The position numbers and the translations under genes are program-made. Positions 49,277 to 59,120 of a DNA stretch of 64,000 nucleotides are shown here, one piece after another. The stretch comes from Myxococcota bacterium. Lineage in GTDB: Bacteria > Myxococcota > UBA727 > JAHDBA01. Location of the stretch: positions 2,321-66,320 of the forward strand of contig JAHDBA010000011.1 of NCBI GenBank assembly GCA_020630615.1, read 5' to 3'. Numbering within the stretch: position 1 is the first letter of the stretch; each line of letters begins with the position of its first letter. A model generated the notes under the pieces. It was not told the origin of the DNA. It did not search any database and saw nothing but the letters and a program-made list of their open reading frames with translations.

Positions 49277-49465
49277 GAAACAAGTTTAAAGTTTTGACAG
49301 GCACGAATCAAGTTCGAGAGGTGGAATAAACTTGGACTGCTTTGGCAACCTGAATCCGGTTTGAAGTTGAAGGCTGCCTGCTTTGAAGGGGTATAAAGAC
49401 GTTGCGCTTGCGCGGACTACAATAATTTGATTTCGTCGATTTTGTTACATCGAAAGGATACATAA

Positions 49466-49980
49466 ATGCATTTGAAAATTGTGTTCGGTGACTTGATTGA
49501 ACAAAATGTGGATGTCATCGTCAACCCGTGGAATAGAAACATCATTCCTTGGTGGCTGCTGATTCCGCAAGGGTGTCCGGCGCTATTAAAAAGAGAGCAG
49601 GGTATAAACCTTTTAAAGAGTTACCTAGATTCCGTTCAATCCCGTTGGGCGAAGCAGTGTTGACATCTGCAGGGAGACTTCCACTAAAAGGTATCATTCA
49701 TGTTGCAGGGAACAACGCCTTGTGGCGAGCTTCCACCAGCTCGATTCAAACTTCAGTTCGAAGTGCAATAGATATAGGTAATGATAATCGTTTTGAGTCG
49801 GTAGCATTTCCTGCGATTGGAGCAGGTTCTGGTGGTTTCAATGTTGACAGTTCCGTAGAGATTATGGTCGAAACATTAGAGAGGGTTGGTTATCCTGGAC
49901 ACGTTCTTATTATTAAATATCCAGACGCAAAACAAGTAGACAGATATCGCATTATTCAAGAGGTCTTGATTTACCCCTAA
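49466..49980 (+). pseudogene. Macro-domain (ADP-ribose binding / O-acetyl-ADP-ribose deacetylase-like) gene with an apparent frameshift near nt 49540-49560.
   Basis: The frame-A ORF from 49466 begins MHLKIVFGDLIEQNVDVIVNPWNRNIIP, the macro N-terminus; compare IVNAAN..LLGGGGV. The frame-B ORF from 49549 continues VAADSARVSGAIKKRAG...GIIHVAGNN...VAFPAIGAGSGGF, the macro core. The two halves sit in different frames and overlap across 49549-49663. Confidence 0.55.
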
Positions 49981-50014
49981 GAGATTTTCCGGTGTATAAA
50001 GACAACGGGGCCCT

Positions 50015-51538
50015 GTGATAGACAATAAACACGAAAGCAATCATCATCTTCTACTCGCCGACTTTCTTGTCGAGAGTTCAGCGGATTCGAAAGTTGTGGT
50101 GGGTATGGAGGTACCTGCAACATTCGGGAATGCCTTTATCGATTCTAGAAAGTGCAATGACGGGGACCTCTTTTTTGCGCTCCCGGGTGAGCACCGACAT
50201 GGCTATGAGTTTGTGGCCGATGTTGTCGCAAAAGGGGCGAGCGCAGTGGTAGGCTTGGATTATGTAGGCAACGAGACGGGTCCTTGGGGAAAGGCAAGCG
50301 ACGAAACCCTAAGTCGGGTGATTCAGGTCCCTAACGTCGAAGCCGCACTGCAAGAATGGGCGAAGCAACACCGTCTACGCCTGAACCCGAAAGTGTTAGC
50401 GATTACCGGTTCTAACGGGAAGACAACCACAAAAGAAATCGTAGCCGCCTTGCTGAATGAAATCACTCAAACCCCGAAGGCGATTCTTGCCACAGAAGGG
50501 AACCTTAACAATCATCTTGGCGTCCCTTTGACTTTGTTGCGCCTGACGAGCCAACATCGTTATGCCGTTATTGAAATGGGGATGAATCACCGTTTTGAAA
50601 TTCAGTCCTATTGCCGGTGGGCGATGCCCGATATTGCTTACATTACCAATATTGGTACGGCGCATATTGGGGAGCTCGGCTCGAAAGATGAAATTGCGCG
50701 GGCGAAGGGTGAGGTTTACAAAGGATTAAAGTCTGACGGTGTAGCCATCGTAAACTCGAATGATTCGTTGTGTGTGCGTCAGGCGGAAGAGTTCGGGGGG
50801 GCGAGTCTTTTTGTTCGCTTGCTGGACACCGCAGAAGTTTCAGACTTTAATGCGACGAAAAACGAGCCTGGGACTTTTGAAGGTCGACAAGGGCTTATTG
50901 CCAAACATTCACGCGGGGAACTTCAGCTTTATTCTCCTTCAAGCACAGAGGTTGATTGGGGAATCCCCGCACCTGCAGAAACACGCGCACATTTAGGGAA
51001 CTGGTTGGGCGCATTTGGTGTACTGCAAGCGTGCGGCTTTGACTTGCAGGAGATTTGCGACGCGGCGCCCAAAGTTAAAATTGAGAATTCGGGTAGGGCA
51101 GAAGTACTGACACTCGATCACGAGCGTAATGTTCGAGTGGTCAACGATACTTACAATGCGAATTGGGACTCCTTTGAGGTTGGCTTTGAACAAATCCTCA
51201 ATGGGGAAGCCTTTGCGGGGAGCAAGCTTTGGATTATGCTTGGTGATTTTTTGGAGTTGGGTTCTTTTGAAGACGAGGTTGTCTTTCGGATTATCGAAAA
51301 GGTTAAGAACGAATCTCGGGTTACCCATCTTGGGTGCTGCGGTCCCATGATGAGAAAAGTATCCGACGCTTTTTCAAAATCTGTCACATCAAATCTGAAA
51401 AGCTACTGGGCAGAAGATAGTCGTAAGCTTGCCGAGTGGGCGAAGAGGCAAGATGTGCCTGCGCAGACCACAATCTTGGTAAAAGGCTCTCGTGGCAGTA
51501 AGATGGAAAACGTAGTTTCTGCATTTTTGGAGGCCTGA
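50015..51538 (+). CDS. murF: UDP-N-acetylmuramoyl-tripeptide--D-alanyl-D-alanine ligase MurF.
   Basis: P-loop LAITGSNGKTTTKE and Mur ligase middle and C-terminal domains. GTG start at 50015. Confidence 0.85.
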   Translation: MIDNKHESNHHLLLADFLVESSADSKVVVGMEVPATFGNAFIDSRKCNDGDLFFALPGEHRHGYEFVADVVAKGASAVVGLDYVGNETGPWGKASDETLSRVIQVPNVEAALQEWAKQHRLRLNPKVLAITGSNGKTTTKEIVAALLNEITQTPKAILATEGNLNNHLGVPLTLLRLTSQHRYAVIEMGMNHRFEIQSYCRWAMPDIAYITNIGTAHIGELGSKDEIARAKGEVYKGLKSDGVAIVNSNDSLCVRQAEEFGGASLFVRLLDTAEVSDFNATKNEPGTFEGRQGLIAKHSRGELQLYSPSSTEVDWGIPAPAETRAHLGNWLGAFGVLQACGFDLQEICDAAPKVKIENSGRAEVLTLDHERNVRVVNDTYNANWDSFEVGFEQILNGEAFAGSKLWIMLGDFLELGSFEDEVVFRIIEKVKNESRVTHLGCCGPMMRKVSDAFSKSVTSNLKSYWAEDSRKLAEWAKRQDVPAQTTILVKGSRGSKMENVVSAFLEA

Positions 51539-52644
51539 TGTTTTTTCATCTTGTGCTGCCTTGGGCATCGTCATTTTCTATTTTGAATGTTCTGCGCTAT
51601 CCTTCCTTTCGGATTCTTATGGCTGCATTGACAGCACTCATTCTTTCGGTAGCCGCGTACCCGCCGTTGATTCGACGCTTACAAGTTTTTAAATACGGGC
51701 AGGTTGTTCGCAAAGATGGGCCTGAGTCACACTTTCAAAAGCAAGGTACACCGACCATGGGTGGAGTCCTTATTCTTTTGAGCCTCACACTATCAACTCT
51801 TTTATGGGCTCGCTTGGATCTTAATGCGATTTGGATCTTACTCTTTGTGACCTTGGGTTATGGTGTTGTAGGTTTTGTCGACGACTACCGGAAAATCCGT
51901 TACAAATCTACGGACGGCCTTGCCGGCCGTTGGAAGATGTTCTGGCTCGGGTTGATAGGGCTCATAGCAATTCTACTCTATGTTTTTGACTACGCATCGA
52001 TTCCCTTCACCAGTGAAGTTATTATGCCTTTTGTTCCGCGGAAATACTTTTCCCCCGTGCTGCCAATAGCAATTTATATCGGTTTGGCATGGCTGCTCTT
52101 GGTGGGGACTTCGAACGCTGTGAATCTGACTGACGGCCTTGACGGTTTAGCGATTGGTCCGACGATTGTATCGGCATCCGTATTTTTAATCCTTGCCTAC
52201 ATCGCTGGAACCACAGTGGGATCTTTTGACCCTGCCGAGTATCTTGGGATACAGCATATTGAAGGGGGCTCCGAACTCAGTGTTTTCTGTGCTGCTCTTG
52301 TCGGTGCGGGGATCGGTTTTCTCTGGTACAATTCGTACCCCGCTTTGATCTTTATGGGGGACGTCGGTGCCTTGGCTTTGGGTGGCGCCCTCGGGATGCT
52401 TGCATTGTTCACCAAACACGAACTCTTGTCTGCACTTTTGCATGGTTTATTCTTGGTGGAAGCTCTCAGTGTGATGATTCAAGTCTTTTGGTTTAAACGT
52501 ACGGGGCAGCGCGTGTTTCGAATGGCGCCTCTGCATCACCATTTTGAAGAGCTGGGCTGGCCCGAACCAAGGGTGATTGTACGCTTTTGGATTGTGAGTG
52601 TGATGCTGGGCTTGTTGGCTCTTGCCTCTTTGAAGCTCCGATAG
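51538..52644 (+). CDS. mraY: Phospho-N-acetylmuramoyl-pentapeptide transferase MraY.
   Basis: About 10 TM segments. Motifs NAVNLTDGLDGLA and MGDVGALALGG. Confidence 0.9.
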   Translation: MFFHLVLPWASSFSILNVLRYPSFRILMAALTALILSVAAYPPLIRRLQVFKYGQVVRKDGPESHFQKQGTPTMGGVLILLSLTLSTLLWARLDLNAIWILLFVTLGYGVVGFVDDYRKIRYKSTDGLAGRWKMFWLGLIGLIAILLYVFDYASIPFTSEVIMPFVPRKYFSPVLPIAIYIGLAWLLLVGTSNAVNLTDGLDGLAIGPTIVSASVFLILAYIAGTTVGSFDPAEYLGIQHIEGGSELSVFCAALVGAGIGFLWYNSYPALIFMGDVGALALGGALGMLALFTKHELLSALLHGLFLVEALSVMIQVFWFKRTGQRVFRMAPLHHHFEELGWPEPRVIVRFWIVSVMLGLLALASLKLR

Positions 52645-52670
52645 AACCTTGCGCTTTGAGGCAAAATGCG

Positions 52671-54176
52671 ATGAGACACGATCGAGAACCGATTCATGAC
52701 GCACGGCAAGCTCTCCAATCCTTAACGAAACAAACGGTAAATGGACGTCGTGTAGGGATTTTAGGGCTTGGCGTTTCTGGTGTCGGAGCAGCGCAGCTGT
52801 TGCTTTCGAGCATGGCTGAAGCCCAGATGCGTCCAGCATCTTTGATGTTGATTGACGATGCTTTCTCGGAGCCATCGAAAAGAAGTGAAGTATGTCAGGC
52901 TTTGGGGCTCGCCTCCAACTCTGAAAACGCACTAAGAACGAAAGACATATCAATCCAAACCTTAACTTTCAGCGAAGCCACTACATCAGCAAGTGAATTC
53001 GCAATTGAGTCCTTTGTCGTCTCGCCTGGTTTGCCTAGGCGTCTCGTGGAGAGCATGAGTACGTGTTATGAGCAGGCGAAGCTCGTCAAAGAACTTGAGC
53101 TGGCGCATGCGCTCATCAACCCACACGATGTATGCATTGGTATAACGGGAACCAACGGAAAGTCCACGTTGACGCATATGACGCGCCATTTGCTCGCGGA
53201 GTCCATTGAGGCTTACGCGGTGGGCAACATCGGTGATGCTTGGTCCGCTGTGGTGGCTCAACAAGGCAAAAGTCGAAAGGCTCGGGCATGGGTTGTCGAG
53301 ATGTCGAGTTACCAGTTGGAGGGTGGGTGCGATCTTCAATTGGACGCAGGAATGATCTTACCCATGGCGGATGACCACCTCACCCGACATCAAAATGCTA
53401 AAAATTACGTTGCGGCAAAATGCCAGATGGTGCCCTTGGTATACTCGTTAGAAAAGCTCATTCTACCAGAGGTCTCCAATACCTATTTTTGGTCTGCTCG
53501 GAGCAGTACCTTCGCGCGTACGTATCGGAGTTGCGCCTTCGTGCCTGAGCAAAAGGCAAGAGCGCAGGTCATCACGCAAAAAGATGCCAATTGGAAGCGT
53601 GCCTTTCAGCTTGTGCGTAAAGTTCAAGGGCCGTGGGCTGAAGCGCAATCCGAGGCTGAGATTCACTTTGACAAAAGAATCGAAGGCTTTCGCGGGTTAC
53701 CCTTTCGATGTGAAGAGATACTTTCTTGGCCCGTGCGTGTTGTGAATGACTCAAAGGCAACGAATGTTCATTCGACATGTTTTGCGCTCATGACGGAATC
53801 GAATAGAATTCGCAGGCAATCCACGGAGAAAATATCGGGAGCACGTGAGGTTCATGGGCGCTTGCATCTTTTATTGGGTGGTGCCGCGAAGAAAGAGTCT
53901 TTTGCTCCATTGTGGCAACACGTCAAAGCACAGGACACTTGGGTCTATCTCTTCGGGGCCGATGGTCCACGAATCGCGGAGTCGGCGCGAACCCATGGGT
54001 GCCCTTATGTTGTGTTCGATTCAATGGAGGAGGCCACGATGGCAGCATTGGAGTCCACACGACACGGAGATGTCGTGCTTTTAAGTCCTGCATGCGCAAG
54101 CTTTGATGCTTATGAAAATTTCAGCGAGCGTGGCCAAGTTTTTTCATCGCTCGTGAGAATGTGTTACGCGAAATAG
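52671..54176 (+). CDS. murD: UDP-N-acetylmuramoylalanine--D-glutamate ligase MurD.
   Basis: GITGTNGKSTLTHM P-loop. Start placed at the ATG at 52671. The track ORF from 52587 overlaps mraY by 58 nt. Confidence 0.8.
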   Translation: MRHDREPIHDARQALQSLTKQTVNGRRVGILGLGVSGVGAAQLLLSSMAEAQMRPASLMLIDDAFSEPSKRSEVCQALGLASNSENALRTKDISIQTLTFSEATTSASEFAIESFVVSPGLPRRLVESMSTCYEQAKLVKELELAHALINPHDVCIGITGTNGKSTLTHMTRHLLAESIEAYAVGNIGDAWSAVVAQQGKSRKARAWVVEMSSYQLEGGCDLQLDAGMILPMADDHLTRHQNAKNYVAAKCQMVPLVYSLEKLILPEVSNTYFWSARSSTFARTYRSCAFVPEQKARAQVITQKDANWKRAFQLVRKVQGPWAEAQSEAEIHFDKRIEGFRGLPFRCEEILSWPVRVVNDSKATNVHSTCFALMTESNRIRRQSTEKISGAREVHGRLHLLLGGAAKKESFAPLWQHVKAQDTWVYLFGADGPRIAESARTHGCPYVVFDSMEEATMAALESTRHGDVVLLSPACASFDAYENFSERGQVFSSLVRMCYAK

Positions 54177-54211
54177 AAGGATTCCTACTCTAGGTTTCTT
54201 GGTTCAATCAT

Positions 54212-55426
54212 TTGAATGAGCCACGCTTGAGAGCCTGGAACTCGATGCTTTTGGGGCGGAGTCGGATGATGTTGAGCTCAGATGCGACCTATGATGTACC
54301 GATAGACCGGGGACCCATCGATCCTCTGATGTGCCTTGTGGGTTTGGGACTTTTATCGCTTGGGACGATCATGTCTTTTGCTGCGAGCTGGCCTGTGAGT
54401 CTTGACCTCGTGGGGACACCCTACCATTTTGCCTTTCGCCATTCGATCTTTGCCGGGTTAAGTGTTCTTGCAATCTTCGCGGGTTTTATGACTTCGCTTC
54501 GGCGGCTGTGGGCATTTCGTACTCCAATCACTCTTCTTTTAATGACACTTTTAATACTAGTTTTAGTTCCGGGAATCGGTCATGCTGCGGGTGGTGCACG
54601 GCGTTGGCTGAACTTTAAATTTTTTAATGTTCAAGGGGGGGAGCTTGCAAAGGTGGCGGCACTCTTTGCGTGGTCAAGCATCTGGTTGAAATTACGGGCC
54701 CTTCCTACACGTCATTCGCCGAGCGATTGGCGCGGTCTCGTTTACCGATTGCGAATTGAGCTCGGGACACTACTCGTGATGCTCGTTCTTCTACTTGTAG
54801 AGCCGGACTTTGGGACAGCCAGCTTGATTGCGATTGTGACTTGGCTGATACTCTATCTGGGCAATGTGCCGTTAAAGCCACTTTTGACGATGGTCGTCGG
54901 AGGCGCAGTGGCTGCGGGCCTGCTCATCTTTTCAAGTGAGTATCGCATGCGGCGTATTTTTGCTTTTTTTGACCCATGGTCGCATCGCTTGGACGAAGGG
55001 TATCAGATTTCTCAATCACTTATCGCCATTGGTCATTCCGGGCTTAGTGGTAGCGGCCTTGGAGGAAGTGTACAAAAACTACATTTTTTGCCGGCTGCCC
55101 ATACGGATTTTATTGCATCGATTGTTGCAGAAGAATTGGGTTTGTTGGGTCTCTTGATTTTAAGCCTTGGTTATCTGTTTTGGGCGCTGGCGTCTTTTCG
55201 ATATCGGAAAGTGCTGCACAGCGTGCCTTTGCTTCAAGGAATGCTTTTGTCGATTGGAGTACTCTTTTTCGTACAGGCCTTTTTCAATCTTTTTGTGTGC
55301 GTCGGCCTCTTACCCACCAAGGGCCTTACGCTACCTTTGGTGAGCTATGGTGGCAGCTCAATGCTCGTCTCGGGATATTTACTTGGGCTATCGTTAAACA
55401 TTGCGGCCCGAGCGAGGACTCGCTAA
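54212..55426 (+). CDS. ftsW: Peptidoglycan glycosyltransferase FtsW (SEDS family).
   Basis: Multi-TM protein with SEDS-like conserved C-terminal region ...LPTKGLTLPLVSYGGSSML. Confidence 0.85.
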   Translation: MNEPRLRAWNSMLLGRSRMMLSSDATYDVPIDRGPIDPLMCLVGLGLLSLGTIMSFAASWPVSLDLVGTPYHFAFRHSIFAGLSVLAIFAGFMTSLRRLWAFRTPITLLLMTLLILVLVPGIGHAAGGARRWLNFKFFNVQGGELAKVAALFAWSSIWLKLRALPTRHSPSDWRGLVYRLRIELGTLLVMLVLLLVEPDFGTASLIAIVTWLILYLGNVPLKPLLTMVVGGAVAAGLLIFSSEYRMRRIFAFFDPWSHRLDEGYQISQSLIAIGHSGLSGSGLGGSVQKLHFLPAAHTDFIASIVAEELGLLGLLILSLGYLFWALASFRYRKVLHSVPLLQGMLLSIGVLFFVQAFFNLFVCVGLLPTKGLTLPLVSYGGSSMLVSGYLLGLSLNIAARARTR

Positions 55427-55435
55427 AGAAGAACT

Positions 55436-56662
55436 ATGGCAAAGTTAATGGTCGCAGGCGGAGGAACGGGGGGACATCTCTACCCCGGAGTCGCTGTTGT
55501 CGAGGCGTGGCAAAGGCTAGAATATGGTGACAAGAATGAATGCGTATTCGTTGGGACAGAGCGAGGTATCGAAGCGCGCGTGATACCAAGTCTGGACTAC
55601 CGGCTCCATACGCTCAAGGTCGAAGGACTCAAGGGACGGGGTATCTCTCAGAAACTCCGTTCGCTGTTGAAAATTCCAAAGTCAATTGTTGAAGCGATGC
55701 GTGTTTTGAATGATGAGCAGCCTGATGTTGTTCTTGGAGTTGGCGGTTACGCATCCGGGCCTCTTGTCCTTGCCGCCTGGCTTAAGGGGATTCCCGTTGC
55801 CTTGGCGGAGCAAAATTCTGTTGCGGGGCTAACAAACCGGATTTTGGCTTTTTTTGCGTCGTCAATTTTTGTGGCGCAACGTGGCCAAGGGTCTTTTTTT
55901 AAGTCTTCTAAAGTTCTTCATGTGGGAAACCCTGTTCGCCGTGCGCTGCTTGCTGCGGCATCCGGCTCAAGAGATAGCACTCCCGGGGCAAGCCCTGAGA
56001 ACATCGACGACACTATTTCGGTTCTCATTCTCGGCGGCAGCCAGGGGGCCAAAGTTCTTAATGAGATGATGCCCCTTGTCCTCAAGGAGCTCGAGCAAAA
56101 GCTTGAGACAACACCTGCACTTAACTTACAAAGTGCATCGGAGCATCCATCAGCTCCAGAAGAATCGACACCCAATCAGGCGATAGCACAAGGGCGACCC
56201 GCGCAATACGTTGTTGAATGGGTGCATCAGTGCGGTCGTGGCAGAGGCCAAGGTGTTCGAGAGGCATATGCTTCGACACATTCCAAAGTGGATGTACGCG
56301 AGTTTATTGTAGATATGAAGAGTGCATATGCGAAAGCAGATCTCGTTATCGCACGCGCGGGTGCGACGACGCTTGCAGAACTCTGTGCTTGTGGGAAGCC
56401 CTCCGTTCTTGTTCCATTTGCTGCTGCAAGCGATGATCATCAGACTGCCAACGCGCAGGTCCTCGTCAACGCCGGGGCTGCAATCATGATTTCTGAGGCA
56501 AAGCTACGAGACACGAGCGCACGTGAAGCTTTGGTGGACGAATTGAGTGACCTTGTGCTTGACCCTCTTCGACGTGCGAAGATGCGCTCGTCTGCCCTGA
56601 GTGAGGCGAAACCGAACGCGGATGAAGATATTGCTCATAAACTCAAGGCTCTTCTATGCTGA
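55436..56662 (+). CDS. murG: UDP-N-acetylglucosamine--N-acetylmuramyl-(pentapeptide) pyrophosphoryl-undecaprenol GlcNAc transferase MurG.
   Basis: N-terminal GGGTGGHLYPGVAV G-loop and a GT28 C-terminal domain. A low-complexity insertion of about 50 aa lies between the domains. Confidence 0.85.
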   Translation: MAKLMVAGGGTGGHLYPGVAVVEAWQRLEYGDKNECVFVGTERGIEARVIPSLDYRLHTLKVEGLKGRGISQKLRSLLKIPKSIVEAMRVLNDEQPDVVLGVGGYASGPLVLAAWLKGIPVALAEQNSVAGLTNRILAFFASSIFVAQRGQGSFFKSSKVLHVGNPVRRALLAAASGSRDSTPGASPENIDDTISVLILGGSQGAKVLNEMMPLVLKELEQKLETTPALNLQSASEHPSAPEESTPNQAIAQGRPAQYVVEWVHQCGRGRGQGVREAYASTHSKVDVREFIVDMKSAYAKADLVIARAGATTLAELCACGKPSVLVPFAAASDDHQTANAQVLVNAGAAIMISEAKLRDTSAREALVDELSDLVLDPLRRAKMRSSALSEAKPNADEDIAHKLKALLC

Positions 56663-58155
56663 GGAACTTCATTGACCATGTCCACTTTATAGGAGTCGGC
56701 GGTATTGGCATGAGTGCTCTTGCCCATATCGCGCTTGACTTGGGGCTGAAAGTCAGTGGCAGTGACGTGAAGGTTAATGAAAATACCCAGGCGCTGATGG
56801 CGCGTGGAGCTATGATCACTGCTGGGCATCAAAGAAGAAACCTTGTGGTCTCAGACTCGAATCGCGCAGTGGTCGTGGTCAGTTCTGCTATACCCGAATC
56901 CAATGTCGAATGGCAGTATGCCAACGACCTTGGGGTCGCCGTCATTGCACGTGCCGCATTCCTCGCAGAGATCTTTAAAATGCGCGAAGGGATTGCCGTT
57001 GCGGGCACGCACGGAAAAACAACAGTTGCAAGCCTTTTGACCTGGTGTCTTGTTCAACTTGGAGAAAACCCCACTGCTGTTTTAGGGGGGCGTATTCAGC
57101 AGTCGAAGGCTCAAGAGGGTGTTGGTGATGTGGATCTCAAACACGGGGTGGTAGGTGCCGGACGCCTTATGGTGGCAGAGGCGGACGAGTCTGATGGTTC
57201 ATTTGAGCTCTTACACCCAACCCATATGATTGTGACCAATGTTGAACTAGATCACGTCGATCATTGGTCCGGTGGCGAAGGGGAGATGCAGGAAGCCTTT
57301 CATCGTTTTTCGTCCCATACGCCGTTCTTTGGCTATCGAGTTCTCTGCGGCGACGACCCTGGTAGTGCGACTTTGGCATCGAATATACGAGAGCGTGTGT
57401 ATACCTTCGGCTTTCACGAGAGAAACAATTTTCGAGTGCGCACTTTGGGGCAAGAAGGCCTAGGGCAAGAGGTTGAATTTCTCGAAGGGGCTAAGGTTGT
57501 GGCATGTCGAATCCCATTGATGGGGGAGCACAACGCCTCGAATGCATGCGGTGTCTTTGGTATGCTGCGTCTTCTTGGTTTCTCCCCTGCGGGTATTGTC
57601 GAGGTCATCGAAAGTTTCCCGGGTGTTCACCGGCGCATGTCGCTTATCGCGTCGGTCAAGGGACAAAAAATTGTGGTTGATGATTATGGTCATCATCCAA
57701 CGGAAGTGGCGGCTGTTTTTCAAAGTCTTCGATCGGCATTCCCGGCGCATCGTCTTGTATGTATTTTTGAGGGGCATCGTTTCTCGCGCCTGAACGCATT
57801 TTTTAAAGAATTTGTTCACGAACTCGCTGGAGCCGATCATGTCTATATTGCTCCAATTTACCCGGCGGGTGAAACCCAGGGTGAAGGGCCGGGTCAGAAT
57901 GAGCTCGTTGAAGCATTACGTCGTACAACAGACGTTTCAGGCTTTGATGTCGACGAGAACCTGCTAAGAATGTTGGGCCCAAAAATCCGTGATGAAGAAC
58001 CGACTCTCTTTCTAACGCTCGGTGCGGGTCAGGTGACCCATTTAGCGCCGAAGATCGAAAAGGCTCTGCTCTGGAACGCTGAATGCGATGAAGAGAACAT
58101 TCAGTCTGGCGCGAAACACGGGCAACCTCGAGCATTGAATGGAGCTTTATCGTGA
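56656..58155 (+). CDS. murC: UDP-N-acetylmuramate--L-alanine ligase MurC.
   Basis: HFIGVGGIGMSALA and AVAGTHGKTT P-loops. Confidence 0.9.
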   Translation: MLRNFIDHVHFIGVGGIGMSALAHIALDLGLKVSGSDVKVNENTQALMARGAMITAGHQRRNLVVSDSNRAVVVVSSAIPESNVEWQYANDLGVAVIARAAFLAEIFKMREGIAVAGTHGKTTVASLLTWCLVQLGENPTAVLGGRIQQSKAQEGVGDVDLKHGVVGAGRLMVAEADESDGSFELLHPTHMIVTNVELDHVDHWSGGEGEMQEAFHRFSSHTPFFGYRVLCGDDPGSATLASNIRERVYTFGFHERNNFRVRTLGQEGLGQEVEFLEGAKVVACRIPLMGEHNASNACGVFGMLRLLGFSPAGIVEVIESFPGVHRRMSLIASVKGQKIVVDDYGHHPTEVAAVFQSLRSAFPAHRLVCIFEGHRFSRLNAFFKEFVHELAGADHVYIAPIYPAGETQGEGPGQNELVEALRRTTDVSGFDVDENLLRMLGPKIRDEEPTLFLTLGAGQVTHLAPKIEKALLWNAECDEENIQSGAKHGQPRALNGALS

Positions 58156-59120
58156 GTTCAGGGGAAAGCGAAGTGTGGGGACGAAAAACAACCCCTCGTT
58201 GCAATCCGAATTCTTTTGAAGACGTGTCGCAGCTTTTCTCGAAGCTTGATTATCAGCAGGAGGTTCCTCTTGCGCCAATGACCACTTACCGTATCGGCGG
58301 TGCGGCAAAGCACTTTGTCGTTTTACACTCGGTCGAAGACTCGATACATTTTGCCAAAGTCATAGGGGGCAATGCGATTGATTGGTTCTTCCTTGGTGGT
58401 GGCAGTAATATTCTTGTGCACGACGAGGGCGTTGATAATCTTGTTGTGACACTTGGGAAAGAGTTTGCAACGATTGAAAATGGACCACAAAACACTGTCA
58501 AGGTTGGGGCACGTGCAAAGTTTCCAGCACTGACAAAGCATTGTCTAGGGCTCGGTATGCGCTCCGCCAAAGGATGGATTGGGACCCCGGGACATGTGGG
58601 TGGTGCACTTGTGATGAATGCGGGAACTCGCGATGGTGAGCTTGGGGATGTGGTGCGCTCGGTTCAGGTGTTGAACACAGAAAATGCCGAAATTAGCGAG
58701 TGGTCTCACGAAGAATGCGCGTTTCAGTATCGCAGTTCGGGCTTTGGGAAGGGGAAGATTCTGCTCTCAGCAGAGCTCTATGACCCCGAGGCCAATGTCA
58801 TGAGTGCGGAAAGGCTCTCACGTGAAGCCAAGGAACTCTTACGCAAAAGGCATTCCACTCAACCCAAGGAACGTTCGGCAGGCTCACTCTTTAAAAACCC
58901 GAACGGGGACCATGCAGGGCGCCTGATCGAAGCGGTCGGCTTAAAAGGGCACCGTGTCGGAAACGCGCAGATTTCTATGGTGCACGCCAATTTTTTTGTT
59001 AACTTGGGGGATGCCCGTGCGAGTGACATTGTGTCGCTAGCCAATGAAGCCTATCAACGCGTCAAATCAGAATTTGGAGTCGAGCTGGAATGGGAAATCA
59101 AACGCGTCGGAAATTTCTAA
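58152..59120 (+). CDS. murB: UDP-N-acetylenolpyruvoylglucosamine reductase MurB.
   Basis: FAD-binding PCMH region MTTYRIGGAAKHFV. C-terminal MurB domain ...GSLFKNP... Confidence 0.85.
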   Translation: MSSGESEVWGRKTTPRCNPNSFEDVSQLFSKLDYQQEVPLAPMTTYRIGGAAKHFVVLHSVEDSIHFAKVIGGNAIDWFFLGGGSNILVHDEGVDNLVVTLGKEFATIENGPQNTVKVGARAKFPALTKHCLGLGMRSAKGWIGTPGHVGGALVMNAGTRDGELGDVVRSVQVLNTENAEISEWSHEECAFQYRSSGFGKGKILLSAELYDPEANVMSAERLSREAKELLRKRHSTQPKERSAGSLFKNPNGDHAGRLIEAVGLKGHRVGNAQISMVHANFFVNLGDARASDIVSLANEAYQRVKSEFGVELEWEIKRVGNF

